The notes beneath the pieces are model-generated. The model had not been told where the DNA came from and did no database searches. It worked only from the letters and a program-made list of their open reading frames with translations. Positions 61,225-64,000 of a stretch of DNA of 64,000 bases are shown piece by piece. This DNA comes from Macrostomum lignano (taxonomy: Eukaryota). The position numbers and the translations under genes were made by a program. Within the stretch, counting starts at the first letter, position 1, and each line of letters opens with the position of its first letter. The stretch spans positions 62,001 to 126,000 of the forward strand of contig NIVC01000799.1 in the NCBI GenBank assembly GCA_002269645.1, in the 5' to 3' direction.

Positions 61225-63778
61225 CTTTTATCTGTGCCCCCTTATCTCTGGTCACTCACTTCTATCTGTGCCCCTTATCTCTGGTCACCCACTTTTATCT
61301 GTGCCCCCTTATCTCTGGTCACCCACTTTTATCTGTGCCCCCTTATCTCTGGTCACTCACTTTTATCTGTGCCCCCTTATCTCTGGTCACTCACTTTTAT
61401 CTGTGCCCCCTTATCTCTGGTCACTCACTTCTATCTGTGCCCCTTATCTCTGGTCACCCACTTTTATCTGTGCCCCCTTATCTCTGGTCACCCACTTTTA
61501 TCTGTGCCCCCCTTATCTCTGGTCACTCACTTTTATCTGTGCCCCTTATCTCTGGTCACCCACTTTTATCTGTGCCCCCTTATCTCTGGTCACCCGCTTT
61601 TATCTGTGCCCCTTATCTCTGGTCACTCACTTTTATCTGTGCCCCCTTATCTCTGGTCACCCACTTTTATCTGTGCCCCCTTATCTCTGGTCACTCACTT
61701 TTATCTGTGCCCCTTATCTCTGGTCACCCACTTTTATCTGTGCCCCCTTATCTCTGGTCAGCCGCTTTTATCTGTGCCCCCTTATCTCTGGTCACCCGCT
61801 TTTATCTGTGCCCCCTTATCTCTGGTCAGCCGCTTTTATCTGTGCCCCCTTATCTCTGGTCAGCCGCTTTTATCTGTGCCCCCTTATCTCTGGTCACCCA
61901 CTTTTATCTGTGCCCCCCTTATCTCTGGTCACTCACTTTTATCTGTGCCCCCTTATCTCTGGTCACTCACTTCTATCTGTGCCCCTTATCTCTGGTCACC
62001 CACTTTTATCTGTGCCCCCTTATCTCTGGTCACCCACTTTTATCTGTGCCCCCTTATCTCTGGTCACTCACTTTTATCTGTGCCCCCCTTATCTCTGGTC
62101 ACTCACTTTTATCTGTGCCCCCTTATCTCTGGTCACTCACTTCTATCTGTGCCCCTTATCTCTGGTCACCCACTTTTATCTGTGCCCCCTTATCTCTGGT
62201 CACCCACTTTTATCTGTGCCCCCTTATCTCTGGTCACTCACTTTTATCTGTGCCCCTTATCTCTGGTCACCCACTTTTATCTGTGCCCCCTTATCTCTGG
62301 TCACCCGCTTTTATCTGTGCCCCTTATCTCTGGTCACTCACTTTTATCTGTGCCCCCTTATCTCTGGTCACCCACTTTTATCTGTGCCCCCTTATCTCTG
62401 GTCACCCACTTTTATCTGTGCCCCTTATCTCTGGTCACCCACTTTTATCTGTGCCCCCTTATCTCTGGTCAGCCGCTTTTATCTGTGCCCCCTTATCTCT
62501 GGTCACCCGCTTTTATCTGTGCCCCCTTATCTCTGGTCAGCCGCTTTTATCTGTGCCCCTTATCTCTGGTCACTCACTTTTATCTGTGCCCCCTTATCTC
62601 TGGTCACTCACTTTTATCTGTGCCCCCTTATCTCTGGTCACTCACTTTTATCTGTGCCCCCTTATCTCTGGTCACTCACTTTTATCTGTGCCCCCTTATC
62701 TCTGGTCAGCCGCTTTTATCTGTGCCCCCCTTATCTCTGGTCACCCACTTTTATCTGTGCCCCCCTTATCTCTGGTCACCCACTTTTATCTGTGCCCCTT
62801 ATCTCTGGTCAGCCGCTTTTATCTGTGCCCCCTTATCTCTGGTCACCCGCTTTTATCTGTGCCCCCTTATCTCTGGTCAGCCGCTTTTATCTGTGCCCCT
62901 TATCTCTGGTCACTCACTTTTATCTGTGCCCCCTTATCTCTGGTCACTCACTTTTATCTGTGCCCCCTTATCTCTGGTCACTCACTTTTATCTGTGCCCC
63001 CTTATCTCTGGTCACTCACTTTTATCTGTGCCCCCTTATCTCTGGTCAGCCGCTTTTATCTGTGCCCCCCTTATCTCTGGTCACCCACTTTTATCTGTGC
63101 CCCCCTTATCTCTGGTCACCCACTTTTATCTGTGCCCCCCTTATCTCTGGTCAATCGGTTTTATCTGTGCCCCCTTATCTCTGGTCACCCGCTTTTATCT
63201 GTGCCCCCTTATCTCTGGTCACTCACTTTTATCTGTGCCCCCTTATCTCTGGTCACCCGCTTTTATCTGTGCCCCCTTATCTCTGGTCACCCGCTTTTAT
63301 CTGTGCCCCTTATCTCTGGTCACTCACTTTTATCTGTGCCCCCCTTATCTCTTGTCAATCGGTTTTATCTGTGCCCCCTTATCTCTGGTCACTCACTTTT
63401 ATCTGTGCCCCCTTATCTCTGGTCACCCGCTTTTATCTGTGCCCCTTATCTCTGGTCACTCACTTTTATCTGTGCCCCCTTATCTCTGGTCAGCCGCTTT
63501 TATCTGTGCCCCTTATCTCTGGTCACTCACTTTTATCTGTGCCCCCTTATCTCTGGTCAGCCGCTTTTATCTGTGCCCCTTATCTCTGGTCACTCACTTT
63601 TATCTGTGCCCCCTTATCTCTTGTCAATCGGTTTTATCTGTGCCCCTTATCTCTTGTCAATCGGTTTTATCTGTGCCCCCTTATCTCTTGTCAATCGGTT
63701 TTATCTGTGCCCCTTATCTCTTGTCAATCGGTTTTATCTGTGCCCCCTTATCTCTTGTCAATCGGTTTTATCTGTGCC
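61225..63778. repeat. 33-35-bp minisatellite downstream of the GPCR
   Basis: TTATCTGTGCCCCCTTATCTCTGGTCACTCACTT and variants (CACC, CAGCC, CAATCGG). Confidence 0.95.
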
Positions 63779-64000
63779 ATCAGCTCCCTTGTCATTCGCC
63801 ACGCCAGAAATCACCGTAAATTATTCATTTAATTTCCCTCCCTAAAGTAACTGACTGTTGTTCCAAGTTGAAAATTGAAAAAAATCAAAACTGGATTGTA
63901 CAAGCTATTTTTGAGTCGTAAACATGCAAGATTTTATTGTTCTTTAGATAGCTATTTTTTCGTGAAATGTTATTGACTCGAACGAAGGTTTTGTCCATGC

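Noticed and set aside
61071-63845. 860-920-aa Cys/Leu/Pro-rich ORFs in all three plus frames, and similar ORFs at 2226-3643, 37296-38387, 43259-44832 and 55578-57012
   Set aside because: Open in several frames simultaneously and coincident with minisatellites; unit lengths are often not multiples of 3.

Overview
Eukaryotic (metazoan) genomic DNA, not prokaryotic. GC-rich exons are separated by introns and spacers packed with tandem repeats, a style resembling the flatworm Macrostomum (inference). Nearly all long ORFs in the track are satellite read-through artefacts. Gene models built by hand from splice sites and frame continuity: (1) a two-exon otopetrin-family proton channel on the minus strand (11555-9193, 630 aa); (2) a complete 21-exon EML5/EML6-type triple-TAPE microtubule-associated protein on the plus strand (14702-36688, 1993 aa), with 15 of 20 introns each carrying a different tandem array; (3) a small two-exon gene (41714-42443, 75 aa) resembling the KEOPS subunit Gon7; (4) a four-exon class A peptide GPCR (48271-60994, 397 aa) with SRF in place of DRY; and (5) a weaker candidate gene around the 2.7-kb (CTAT)n array. 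Mobile DNA comprises a hAT-type MITE with an 8-bp TSD, a decayed LTR-retrotransposon integrase, and the most notable feature: a 391-bp insertion in EML intron 17 (31660-32050). It has a perfect 84-bp inverted repeat, each arm encoding a minimal type I hammerhead ribozyme on opposite strands, plus a 36-nt tail and a 12-bp TSD, the architecture of a tiny Penelope-like/retrozyme element.
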